Source: Octopus vulgaris
Lineage: Eukaryota
Direction: 5' to 3'
NCBI GenBank assembly: GCA_951406725.2
Contig: OX597830.1
Location: 17,918,001-17,982,000, forward strand
Length of the DNA: 64,000 bases
How positions within the stretch are numbered: the first letter of the stretch is position 1; every line of letters starts with the position of its first letter. The notes beneath the pieces were generated by a model. That model was given only the letters and a program-made list of their open reading frames with translations. It did not search any database and had not been told where the DNA came from. Shown in pieces: positions 27,729 to 40,212 of the stretch. Position numbers and translations under genes: made by a program.

Positions 27729-28915
27729 TCACGAATTATGTCTATTTTCGTGGCTTTGGCTTCTGTTATGATTATATATATTTAGGTAGTAGCAATTAAG
27801 TTTACGTTTATTGGTAGAGGTAGCATTAGATCCTATATTGGGCGGAGAGGAGTAGGATAATTTAAGGGTAGATCTATTAAAGGTTGAATGGTATTTATGG
27901 TAACGTGGGAAGTTAGAGTCTGCTATTTGAAAGAAGGTTTTGGCTAAGCCCTCAAAGTTTAAAGCGAATGGTGGGGGTGTAAACCAGAGAATCGATCTAC
28001 CCTCGCTTTTGTTAGGCAATACCTGAGACCCCCCTTCGGTCACAACATAGACCAAGGGATTGCACCTAGAAAGTTACCCTCCCAGGTACAAGTCTGGGCA
28101 AGGTTGTTTATGGAAGACCAGCAGTCACCCATGCATACCAGTCTCCTCTTTCCACGCCACCAATGTTATCCAAGGCAAAGGCAAAGGGGCCGATACAGCT
28201 TGGCACCTACATTTCTACAGCTGAGTGAACTGGAGCAACGTGAAATAAAGTGTCTTGCTCAAGAACACAACACACAGCCCGGTCCAGGATTCGAGCTCAC
28301 AACCTCACGATCGTAAGCGCGACGCTCTAACCATTGAGCCACGCGCCTTCACAATAGGCAATATAGGGGAAATATAATCTATAGTATTTGTTAGATCAGA
28401 GTTGCACGATTCATTGTTGTTTATCAGTTTGAGTTTCGGTCGAGTGTTACACGGGTGAGCGTAGGGCGACCAAGAGTGTCTGATCCGAGGTCCTTCCAGG
28501 TTTCTAGCGGAAGTTTTAGTTTGTCTATCTATAATTAAAGGGTTAATTTGTCTAGTAGCGTGGCATGTCTCCTCGGGGTTGAGTTTATCGATGTGTTTTT
28601 TAAGCCTAGTGTTTACCATGAATTTAATTCGCTGAGAGAAACCGCTCGCAGTTAGTGCCTGGTTGTAGCATGTAGTATGGTTATTGAAGATTTACTCTAT
28701 GGATGAGAGATCAGATATCCGGATAGATATGCTTTTGATTACACTGACGAATGTAGATTTATGGTGATTAGAGTCTATGTATATATCTCTGAGGTATTGA
28801 TTAGGTTTATGGTCGGCGGGGTATAGCGAAAATTTAAAATCTAATGTAACATCAAAAGTTAGCATTTTTGTAAGTGTTTTAAAAGGAGATAGGTAAATTA
28901 AAATTAGCAAAGAAT
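27729..28915 (-). pseudogene. Penelope-like element RT-thumb/linker relic
   Basis: FDVTLD..KPNQYLRDIYIDSNHHKS..IKSISIRISDLSS..FNNHTTCYNQALTASGF and RSILWFTPPPF..FFQIADSNFPRYHKYHSTFNRSTLKLSYS are typical PLE RT/GIY-YIG polyprotein motifs. Confidence 0.85.
28025..28352 (-). mobile_element. tRNA-type SINE (family D) inserted in the PLE relic
   Basis: Minus strand gtgaaggcgcgtggctcaatggttagagc..gagctcgaatcc..gtgttcttgagcaagacactt. Candidate TSD taggcaata at 28013-28021 and 28355-28363. Confidence 0.85.
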
Positions 28916-29407
28916 TTATGTAAGTTTTTATGTAAACTTAATCAATACCTAGTCAATATGTAAACTTAATCAATATTTAATCAATCATGAACCTAATCAA
29001 TACCTCAGATACATTAGCATAGACTCTAATCACCATAAATCTACCTTCGATAGTATAATTAAAGGCATATCTATTCGGATATCTGATTTCTCAGCCACAG
29101 AGGAAAACTTCAGCACCTGACACACCTTCCGCCTAAAGAAATCGGATCACTGCTCTTTGTTCTTCTTTGGTGCACATTGTTAGAGTAGCGTCCATGCTTA
29201 CGCTGTACATCCAGAGAGAAAAATGGAATGATCGAGCTCAAATTTCGATCACGTGACCACAATAGTACCAACAATAAGCACACATACGCAGAAGGCAGTG
29301 TGTCAATAATAAAAATAGGTTATGGGGAAAGTGCGGATAATTTTTGACTTGCAATCGTGTGTGTATATATGTATGTATGTATATGTGTGCGTGTTTGTGT
29401 GTGTATG

Positions 29408-29468
<61 letters not shown>

Positions 29469-29854
29469 AGGTAAAAAATAAAAGTGGAAATAGACGGATG
29501 TATGTTTAAAGATTTTTTTTTACTTTTCTTTCCTTTCATCGGACAAGATAAGTACTTTTATATTTATGACATTAAGTGACTTTTATAAAATATTACCGGT
29601 TTCGATGTGTTTGTCCATCGTATCAAATATTAAAAATTCAACGTCAAGGATTAAGAAAGAAGAAAAAAAACTTAGGAAATGAGAAAATAATGAGAAATAT
29701 GAAAAAGTAGGAAATTAAAACATTTTGTTGTCAGAGTCTTTTGTATAGTTAAGAACATCTACGCACAGACTTTTCTTTTTTCCTAATTTTTGTATTATTT
29801 CCTAATACTTGACTTTGATTTTTTAATATTTGATAAGATAGACATATTCTTTTC

Positions 29855-30238
29855 TTTTATTATTTGTTTAAGTCATTTGACTGCGATCATGCTGGAGCAT
29901 CGCTTTTTAGTCGAATAAATCGACCCCAGGACTTATTTTTTGTAAGCCTAGTACTTATTCTATTGGACACTTTTGCCGAACCGCTTGGTTACGGGGACGT
30001 AAACACACCAACATTGGTTGTCAGACACACAAACACACACACACACACACATACACACACACACACACACATACGATGTGCTTCTTTCAGTTTCCGTTTA
30101 CCAAATCCACTCACAAGGCTTTGGTTGGCCCGAGGCTGTAGTAGAAGACACTTGCTCAAGGTACCACGCAGTGGGACTGAACCCGGAACCATGTGACTGG
30201 TAAGCAAGCTACTTACCACGCAGCCATTCCTGCGCCTA
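29855..30238 (-). mobile_element. SINE family A
   Basis: Full-length match; inserted into the right arm of a palindromic unit. Confidence 0.9.
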
Positions 30239-30682
30239 TAAATCGAGACCAGTAATATTTTAGAAAAGTCGCTTAATGTAACAAATATAAAGATATCCTG
30301 TTCTGATTAACGGAGAAAAAGTAAAAAGTCTTTAAACATACGTCTACGCTGTTTCCACGTTTAATTTTTTCATTTGAATTGTATGGAATATTAACCCCTT
30401 TCAACTATCTATATATCTATCTATATAAAATTAAAATAATAAAGGTGAAAAATTTGATATTAATTTGATTAATATCAATTTTAAACCAGCGGTCTAGCAT
30501 ATAGAAAAATCTTAAGATTCAGAAAAATTATATTATTTTCTGCAGAATTATTTCTGGTATATTGGCGCGCCAAAACGAAGACTTTTGAAATATAACGCCA
30601 AATGTAATTGGTAGAACTGTATACATATTCAATCTCATGCGGACGTCTCGTGTATAGTTCTGCAAATTTATTTTGCTATGAC

Positions 30683-30756
30683 GATCGCACTGATGAGTTG
30701 CGGACAATTACGTAAGTAATTACGTAAGTGGTAACAACGAAACCTGGTTAGTGATT
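30683..30756 (+). ncRNA. Type-I hammerhead ribozyme motif
   Basis: gatcgca-CTGATGA (30690-30696)-gttg..caac-GAAA (30739-30742)-cctgg-TT-agtgatt. The surrounding unit (about 30420-30910) is homologous to 42480-42950 and ends in (TA)n. Confidence 0.75.
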
Positions 30757-30910
30757 AATCTTTATATTTTGTATCTTTTCATTTGTCTTGCTCGCTTACA
30801 TTCTGGCGTTTGCTAAATTTTCTTGAGAACAATCCATTCTTAGTAATAAGACCATAGGAGGTCTACTTCTAGCGTAATAGATGTCCACTTAGTGGTCATC
30901 CCTCGTATAA

Positions 30911-30962
<52 letters not shown>

Positions 30963-31721
30963 CGGTTTAAATTTAAATCTACAAAAATATAGCCAATATT
31001 TATAATTCCATGTGTATTCCTGTATAACCAAAGTGAAACTGTGCGGAGGAATCGTAGTATAGTCTAAATTTCATTTTGGTTGTAATCTACAATTGCGCAG
31101 GTCACAGGATACTTATAGACAACAAAACAGAATTAAGAAGTTTGTTTTGTATAATATTGAGTTACTTCATCTGAATATTATATAAACAAACCCTATTTTT
31201 TTCAATTCCTTTATGTGTGTATGTATGTGTGTGTACGTATTTAATTATGTTCGTATATATCCATGTATGTTTATATATGTGTATGTATTTGTGAATGTCT
31301 GTGAAAGAAAATTGTTTTCATATTAGCCAGTACCGTATAATTTAACGAAAATAACGTGACGCTTTCATTTTACCCAAAACTGCGTGTGCGCGTGTGTGAA
31401 TGTGTCTATATGTGTATGTGTTAATATATACCGCAGTATGTAATTCCAATCGTATGTTTACACTGATAGATGCTTATACATTTATCAACATTATTTTCAG
31501 AATAATATCTACTTATTTTCTCCATTTCCATCTTTTTGTTTCATTCTTTTCAGCAACATTTTACGAATATATTTGATTTATATTGCAAAAACGTAATATA
31601 TAAAGCTTGAACCACAGTAGGGAGAAATTTTCTAAAATACCGTAGTTCGTTTTATATAAAGCGAGTAAAAACACGTAGATACAAAAGAAAATAGTCATTT
31701 GAAAATAGACAAACAATTAAA

Positions 31722-32117
31722 ATACTCTTTTACTTGTTTCAGTCATTTGACTGCGTCCATGCTGGAGCACCGCCTTTAGTCGAGGAAATCGACCCCAGGA
31801 CCCATTCTTTGTAAGCCTAGTACCTATTCTATCGGTCTCCTTTGCCGAACCACCACTTACGCGGACGTAAAACACCAGCATCGGTTGTCAAGCGATGTTG
31901 GGGGGGGGGGTAAACACAGACACACAGACATATACACACCTATATATACATATACATATATACGATGGGCCTCCGTCTACCAAATCCACTCACAAGGCTT
32001 TGGTCGGCCCGAGGCTATAGTAGAAGACACTTGCCCAAGGTACCACGCAGTGGTACTGAACCCGGAATCATGTAGTTCATAAGCAAGCTACTTACCACAC
32101 AGTCACTTCTGCGCCTA
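31722..32117 (-). mobile_element. SINE family A
   Basis: Full-length match. Confidence 0.92.
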
Positions 32118-32844
32118 ATAAGGGAAGAAAAGAAGGCAAAATTTCTTTTAAAAAAACAGAAAACGGGAACTGAAAAATGATTGAAGATGATCAACCGATG
32201 ACTGATTTTGGGAGATGAAGGTCATTCTACATACATACAACCAACTCATGTTTCTATGCTCAGCAATTAATAGAAAAATAATGGAGAAGAAACGGCAACT
32301 TGAGGTTTACAGTACTGGCTGGTGACAAACTTTCAAACAGTTACAGAGTAAATGTGTCAGTAACCCAGTAATACTTGTGTGATGAAGATTTATTTTTACA
32401 ACTCGAGAAATAGATTTGAAGTGAATTTAACATCAATTGTGACTCTTCCACGTTGTAAATAGTCAATTCAAATAAATAATCAACTCAAATATATGAATAA
32501 TAAAATTAACAGACAAGTGAATGTGCACAAAGAATGTATTACCTGACACTCGGTAAAGAAGAGAGTTTGACTTTTCGAAAATAGCTCTTTGTCAGAAAGG
32601 AAGAAAAAGAAATCGCCAACGGCACGTATGTAGTTACATTGCTGTACATATGAAAAATGTTCACATAAGTATTTACATAGGGAGAGAGAGAAAATGAATT
32701 AATAACATTTTCATATAATCCAGTATAACGTACAAATCTCTTTCCCTGTCTCTATCTCACTCTCTCCCTCTCTCACTCCTTCTCTCTCTCTCTCCGATTG
32801 AATATGTATAAATACACACACATGCATATATATAAATAGATAAA

Positions 32845-33013
32845 TAGACAAACAGACAGACGGACGGACGGACGGACGGGCGGACGGACGGACGGACAGA
32901 CGGACGGACGGACGGACAGACGGATGGATGGATGGATAGATAGACAGACAGACAGACAGACAGATAGACAGACAGAAAGATAGAAAGACAGACAGACAGA
33001 CAGACAGATAGAC

Positions 33014-33101
<88 letters not shown>
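32845..33101. repeat. (GACG)n-(GATG)n-(GACA)n-(GATA)n graded microsatellite
   Basis: Direct reading. Confidence 0.97.
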
Positions 33102-33103
<2 letters not shown>

Positions 33104-34435
33104 AAGAAACAATATTTTGTACATTACCTGTCAAAGAATATTTCCAGGCTAAGAAACTTGAAAATATAGCTTTGGTTCTTAAGGACAAAACCCATGCTCA
33201 CCCACTTAATCTAGACGGTGTAACACTTGTGTGAAAGTGACTTTTCTAGCTCCAAACCAAAGTAAGTTGATGCAAATTATAGACAAGGGTTTTATTGCGG
33301 CATAGAAACCGTACTTTTAACTGTGCACTTTAAACAATCGATTAAATTTATAGATGGCGAAACTACAACTACTGTAAAGTAATGTTGGCCTGGCTACCAT
33401 ATCAAGAATTTAATTAAAAATATGACAGAAGCATGGCAAGGAGTATAAAAACAACTACGTTGAATTTTGTTTGCAACAAAATCTCTCCAGACTAAATTGT
33501 GCAATTTCTGAACTTTAAGGAAACCTTATAAAATTTTCATCAGGAGATTTGGAAGCTGGCTCGCGAGACAGGGTTCAGTGAATTAAATAAAATATAAGTG
33601 ATGCATCGTAGTTACTTAAATCAAATAATGAAGAAATATGTAAAGTCCTCGTGGAGATGGACCAACACCGTGCCTTGAGAAACAAGAATGGATATTTTAA
33701 CAACTAAATATTCGTCTAAGTTTCCCCCAAGGAGGAATCCTTAAAGAGAAGCGAATTCAGAAACAAACAGTTTTATGAGTAGATATAACTGCTACGACAA
33801 CTTACACACAGTATGAGAATTTGGTCATAGTTTTTAAAGTACCGTATTTGATGGCATAAAAGCTGCATGGGAAAATATGAAGCGCACCCCGATTTCAACA
33901 GCACAGGTAATCAAACAGGTAATATTTAAGGATTTTTTAGGCTTTTTTGTGGTTGGATGTGTCTTATACGGTAAATAATTATCTTATTAACGTAAAGTAT
34001 ACTAGCCATCTCAATATAGCTAACCGCTAAGGGTGGGTGTTACTGTAGCTTTTAGCCCCAGGAGATCATCGTCTCCAGCTGGCTTTAGGCACACTTTCTG
34101 TGCCCTTATGGTATTTGCAAAGAGAGGTCATCCCCTCTCGTCAACCTAAGTGATACGCACGGACTGCAGTTTCTAGGTATTTGCCTGTCTTCGGCGTACG
34201 GCAATCACCGGTTTATCTTATTCATTTCAATTAATTATTTTGTATCCTATGATACAAACGCGCTGTTTCTTCACAGTTTAATACATTATTATTATTGTTG
34301 TTGAATTGTTACATTCATTCTCATAATAGCTGTGTTACAGATCTACAACCTTATCATATGGATAATTAAATGCAACTGTATTTTGCAAGAGTTTGTTCTT
34401 GCTAACACTTTGTTATGATTGCCAATTGTTTGTGC

Positions 34436-34700
34436 ATGTATGTATGTATGTATGTATGTATGTATGTATGTATGTATGTATGCATGTATGTATGTATGTA
34501 TGTATGTATGTATGCATGTATGTATGTATGTATGCATGTATGTATGTATGTATGTATGTATGTATGTATGTATGTATGCATGTATGTATGTATGTATGTA
34601 TGTATGTATGTATGTATGCATGTATGTATGTATGTATGTATGTATGTATGTATGTATGTATGTATGTATGTATGCATGTATGTATGTATGTATGTATGTA
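34436..34700. repeat. (TATG)n microsatellite
   Basis: Direct reading. Confidence 0.97.
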
Positions 34701-35632
34701 CGTATGTAATATATATGTATATATATATGTATGTGTGTGAATGTATGTATGCATGTACGTGCGTACGTACGTATGTAATATGTATGTATTATGTATGTAT
34801 GTGTATGTTTGTATATATGTCTGTGTGTGTCCTTGTCTCTATTGGCAAATAAACAGTCAGAAAAATAGATATATGTACATAGAGAGAAAGACAGAGGGAG
34901 AGATAAAGAGAGAGAGAGAGAGAGAGAGAATATTATAAATATGGAAAAGTTTCTATAAATACGCTTTATGATTTTCATCTTGCTTGTTCTTTGTTGTTCA
35001 TATTTGGTCTTTTCTACAATTTTCATTGCTTTTGCTGGGCAAAGTTTACCATTTTCTCATATATTATTTTCTCGCAACGCGTGTGTTGAGATCGACCGTA
35101 ATTCTTTTCAATTACTTCTATTCGTATCCTACGGTACCACATATTTTTTTACACACGTAGTATTTCTTCACATTTTTATTATTTTTGTTGAAGTTTTACA
35201 TTTAATATCAGAATATTTTCATTACACCTCTGTTATGGATTACGGTCGATCTTAATACAAGTGTTGCGAAAAACTAATATATTAAAAATCATTTCATAGG
35301 TTTTTTGTTAATCTTCTGTAAATGTATGTGTGATATGTATATATTTAGATTCTCAATATTACAGGTGTTTTTAATCTTTATGTAGAAGATTAACGTTTTG
35401 TAACTAGAATTAAAAGAGTAGAATGTAACTTTAGAATGTAACGGTAGATACAGTATTATGGTTGATATAGTGTATTATGGTGAAAGATGGGTGTTGAGCC
35501 AGCGATAACTACCACCCATTCTTGCAGCAAAACTGAAGGCTCTTCGAGGATGTAATCACACAGCTGAAATGTAGATGTTTTGTTAATTATGATAATTTCC
35601 TTCGCAACGAAGTTCCCTAATAATTTATACAT

Positions 35633-36043
35633 TTTTTTATTGCCCACAAGGGGCTAAACATAGAGGGGACAAACAAGGACAGACAAACAGATTAAGTCGA
35701 TTATATCGACCCCAGTGCGTAACTGGTACTTTATTTATCGACCCCGAAAGGATGAAAGGCAAAGTCGACCTCGGCGGAGTTTGATCTCAGAACGTAACGG
35801 CAAACGAAATACCTATTTCTTTATTACCCACAAGGGGCTAAACACAGAGGGGACAAACAAGGACAGACATAGGTATTAAGTCGATTATATCGACCCTAAT
35901 GCGTAACTGGTACTTTATTTATCGACCCCGAAAGGATGAAAGGCAAAGTCGACCTCGGCGGAATTTGATCTCAGAACGTAACGGCAAACGAAATACCGCT
36001 AAGCATTTCGGCCGGTGCGCTGACGTTTCTACCAGCCACCGCC
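35633..36043 (-). mobile_element. SINE family B, tandem dimer
   Basis: Two copies of ...gaccccgaaaggatgaaaggcaaagtcgacctcggcgg; head at about 36043. Confidence 0.9.
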
Positions 36044-36789
36044 TAATAATTTATAGTTTCCTAATAATTTATAGTTTAACAATATTAAACTTTGCGTGAT
36101 GTAAAATTATAAAATATTGAAAATATGAAAATAGTTGGGAACGCAGCTGGTTGGAATATTTTTATATATCGATTCACTCTAAACGAATTTTTTAGTGAAA
36201 TATACTTTAGAATCTTCACAAAACAGCTACAATAATGGTTTCTTGTACAGGCAAAACACTGGAAATTTATGGGAAAAGGCTTAGTCGGTTATACCGTCCA
36301 CACTACTCGACTGGTACTTTATTTGGTGACGATCCCGGAAAGATGAAAGGCATAGTTGAACACCTTGTTATTTGGACTTAAAACAATAAAGATCTGTATC
36401 TACGTACTACAAGGCATTTAGTCCGACGCTCAAGTGATTCTACCAACTCACTATTCTAATTAAAAGATATTCAACAATATCTTGCGGCAGTGGAAAGAAG
36501 ATATTGTGAGGTTTCGTAAAACAATTTATGTTGTTGAATGGTAAAAACGGTTGAATGGCTGATAAAAGTGTGAAGGGGGATTATGGAAGGCGTAGAGTGT
36601 CTGATAAAATGGTGACTGTGGATTGGGCGAATCGGTTGAGCATCTCACAAAATGTTTTCTGGTATTTAGTTACGTCTCTGTATGTTTTGATCTCGAATCT
36701 CCCCAAGATGAAATTTTACCGTTAGACTTTCCGGGATCGATAAAATAACGTACCAATAATAGGTTGGTAGGTTCAGTCTTGCGTAGGAA

Positions 36790-36982
36790 GTCGGGGACAA
36801 GAAACAGGAAGAAAGAGTGAGAGAAAGAGTACAACAGGGGTCGCCACGATCCCCTGCCAGAGGCTCGTGGAGCTTTTGGTGTTTTCGCTCAATAACCACA
36901 CACAACGCCCGGTCTAGGAATCGAAACCGCGATCCTCCGACCGCGAGTCCGCTGCCCTAACCACTGGGCCATTGCGCCTCCA
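36790..36982 (-). mobile_element. SINE family C, 5' part
   Basis: Reverse complement of gtggaggcgcaatggcccagtggttagggcagcggactcgcgg; matches 48603. Confidence 0.88.
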
Positions 36983-37899
36983 CTTGTTGTTGCTGCTAAT
37001 GTCGTTGCTATTGTTTTTGTTGTTAATGATTATGTTGTTGCTATTGTTATTGTTGATGTTGTTGCTATTGTTGTTGGTGGTGGCAATGTCTTCGTTAGAG
37101 CTGGTGATGGAGCGGGGTGTATGCTTTGTCATCTTCGCACTCGTTGTCATGTTTACACTGTTGTTGTTGCGATTGTTTCTATTGCTTGTTGCTGTTGTTG
37201 CTTTTACTGTTGGTGTTATTCTTTCGTTTTCCCTTCATTAAAGTTGTGAGTTTCCTAATTAAGAACTTCGTAATTCTATCTGTGTATAAGACCTGAGTGG
37301 ATATTCTATGACATATTTCGGTTTTTAATTAAAACAATAAAAACTTTGGTGGCATTACCTGATCGCGATACAATTCCGAAAAACGATCGTTTTTTCTTTT
37401 TGTTTTTTTTTTCATAAAAAAAAATAACAAGTAAAAGATAAAATTAAATTAAAAATTAAAAAAATGAAAATAGAAATAAAGTCATTACTTTTATCATTTA
37501 TTTTTTTAAAAATTTTATTTTGATATTATTAAAAGTTTAAAGTCTATTACCAATTCCTTTTAGTGAGCAGCGTTTTTGTTGACAACTAAGAATTACGGAT
37601 AAAAACTACAAAAAAAAAATTAATAAATCGCAAAAATAAAACAAAAAGTCAGATAAGTATAAAAATAGATATATATATATAACACAAAGGTGGCAAAAAA
37701 AATAACACGAAGAGGAAGAAAAGCAATCAACAGGCATCTAAGTCAATAGATTTTCAATTTATAAATTTTCAAATCGCATTACATAGGCGCCTCTTTTTTT
37801 CGTTGGAGGAAGGAGCGGAGTGCTTTTTATTGTTGTTGTTGTTGTTGTTATTGTTATTATCATTATTGTTGTTATTATTATTATTATCATCATCATCAT

Positions 37900-37939
<40 letters not shown>

Positions 37940-38231
37940 TATGTTTGATTTTTGCTTTATGTCTGTACAAGTTGGCTCCAAGTCTCACCCAGAGACCTCA
38001 AGAGACAACAGGTTGGAAGTTCTGTGCCATATATTTGGGGGGTGGTGTTTTTTTGTGTTTTTTTGTGTTGTACTAGTGAATGTCTAATACATAAAAATAA
38101 AATTTTTAAAAAATAAATAAATAAATAAAAAATAAAATAAAAAATATTAAAAAATATTAAAAAATTGAAAAACATTTTTTTTAAATAAATAAATAAATAA
38201 ATAAATAAAAAGTTTGTTTTAAACCTTGGGA

Positions 38232-40151
38232 TTACATAGAGAGTATTTTGCGTAGGATATGAGCAGTTCCCATGAGCACTATCTTTTGAATTTCTGCCAT
38301 TTTGGGGTTTCCTGGTATCTGAGTTAGGTAGCAATCAGTCCCTTTCGCTATCATTCCCAGGGCACCTATGACAACAGGTATTGTTTTAGTCTTCAGCTTC
38401 CACATTTTGCTGATTTCTATTTCAAGATCTTTATATTTGCTCAGTTTTTGGTAGGTCTTGACAGATACGTTTATATCGATTGGGACAGTCATATCAATGA
38501 GGAGGCATGTTCTTTGTCTGAAGTTTTTCAATATGATGTCTGGCCTATTTGCATCTATCTTCCTGTCAGTTTGAATGGTGAAGTTCCAGAGGAGTGAGAT
38601 GTGGTCATTTTCAAGCACTGGAGGTGGATTGTGTTCCCACCAGTTTTTTTCATAGGGCAAATCCAAGTTTTTGCAAATTACCCAGTGAATATATTGTGCA
38701 GCTCTATCATGCCTGTTGAGGTACTCTGTAGGCGCTAGAAGACTGTATTTGGAGACAACATGATCAATGGTTTCATTTTGTTGTCGGCATACACGACATG
38801 TTGGGCTACTTCCGTTCTTTAATATGTTGGCCTGGTAGTTTCTTGTTGGTAGGCATTGATCTTGAGCTGCTATGATAAACCCCTCTGTTTCAGATTTTAA
38901 GCCAGAGGCTATTAGCCATTGAAGGGTCAGGGCTTTGTCGATATCTGCATTATTCGCTCTCTTTGGGTATTTGCCATAGAGAGGTTTTTCTTGCCATTTA
39001 TTATTCAGAATATCTAAGGCCGCAGTTTTGGCACGGGTTTTCATGCGCCTAGCTTTTTCTGTGCTTGTTTCTTGTATGTCTATAACTAATTCCGAAATTG
39101 GTTGTATTCGGAATTCACTTAGATATTCCTTTGCCTGTTTTGTGACTGAGTATGATGCTTTCTTGTTTTCATGTTTTGAGACAAGTTTTAACATCCAGTC
39201 CTCAGAGTTTTTCAGGTAGGTGTCTAGGCCAATTGTAGCAATCTTCATTGTTATTGCCAGTTGCAAAAGACCACGGCCTCCCTCTTTTCTTGGCAGATAG
39301 AGTCGTTCTGTATCTGCCTTAGGGTGGTGCATTCTATGCATTGTCAACAGTTTCCTTATTTTTCTGTCGAGCTGACATATTTCAGTAATTGACCAGTTAA
39401 CAATATTGAAACTGTAAGTCACGACTGGTATGGCTAAAGCATTGATCGCTTCGATCCTGTTTCTTGCATTCAGCTCTGTCTTGAGTATTGCTCTCACTCT
39501 TCGATAGCATTCTCTCCTGATCCTTTCCTTCATCTCTGAATGCCTTATTCCGTTCTCTTCAATTACCCCTAGGTACTTGTAGCTCTCCGCTGGGTCTAAT
39601 TCTTTTATGACATTCTGCTGGTCAAGGTTAACGTTAGATGTTTCTGTCATTTTTCCTTTGATAAAGGTAGCTTTTGCACATTTATCGAGGCCGAATTGCA
39701 TTCTGATGTCATCACTGAATTGTTTGACTATCGCTAGTAAGCCCTTGAGTTGTTGGTCATTTTTTGCAAAAAGCTTTAAATCATCCATGTAAATGAGATG
39801 ATTTATATTTTTATCAAACATTTTATACCCGTACTGCGCGTCATTGAGCAGCTTTGAGAGAGGTATTAAGGATAAACAAAAGAGGAGTGGTGACAGTGAG
39901 TCACCCTGGAAAATGCCAGACGAAATTTTTACATCACCAGCATTTAGGGATTCATTGTCACTGTTCAGAGTTAGTGTGGTTCTCCATGATCTCATACTTA
40001 CAGTCAAGAAGTTTCGCAGAGTAGGTGCTATCTTATACATTTCCAGGCATTTCCTAATCCAGCTATGTGGTAGGCTATCAAAAGCCTTTTTATAGTCTAT
40101 CCAGGCTATTGATAAGTTTTTGTGTCGTTTGTGACAATCTTCTAAGATCAT
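38232..40151 (-). CDS. Retrotransposon polyprotein C-terminal part: reverse transcriptase, zinc knuckle, restriction-like endonuclease
   Basis: WIDYKKAFDS, GIFQGDSLSPLLF, YMDDLKLF, YKYLG, CRVC..ETIDHV (last Cys absent), RPDII..LLIDMTVP...K..KYKDL (PD-D/ExK). Confidence 0.9.
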   Translation of the reverse strand: MILEDCHKRHKNLSIAWIDYKKAFDSLPHSWIRKCLEMYKIAPTLRNFLTVSMRSWRTTLTLNSDNESLNAGDVKISSGIFQGDSLSPLLFCLSLIPLSKLLNDAQYGYKMFDKNINHLIYMDDLKLFAKNDQQLKGLLAIVKQFSDDIRMQFGLDKCAKATFIKGKMTETSNVNLDQQNVIKELDPAESYKYLGVIEENGIRHSEMKERIRRECYRRVRAILKTELNARNRIEAINALAIPVVTYSFNIVNWSITEICQLDRKIRKLLTMHRMHHPKADTERLYLPRKEGGRGLLQLAITMKIATIGLDTYLKNSEDWMLKLVSKHENKKASYSVTKQAKEYLSEFRIQPISELVIDIQETSTEKARRMKTRAKTAALDILNNKWQEKPLYGKYPKRANNADIDKALTLQWLIASGLKSETEGFIIAAQDQCLPTRNYQANILKNGSSPTCRVCRQQNETIDHVVSKYSLLAPTEYLNRHDRAAQYIHWVICKNLDLPYEKNWWEHNPPPVLENDHISLLWNFTIQTDRKIDANRPDIILKNFRQRTCLLIDMTVPIDINVSVKTYQKLSKYKDLEIEISKMWKLKTKTIPVVIGALGMIAKGTDCYLTQIPGNPKMAEIQKIVLMGTAHILRKILSM

Positions 40152-40212
40152 CTTATTGATGAGTAGTTGGTCTTTACAGCCGTAGGATCCACGTTTACAT
40201 CCTTTCTGTTCA

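Noticed and set aside
33998-34215. Possible Helitron 3' end (CTAG-T on minus strand)
   Set aside because: No convincing subterminal hairpin or 5' TC terminus found.
36990-37200. Hydrophobic poly-Leu ORF resembling a membrane protein
   Set aside because: Translation of degenerate (TTG)n.
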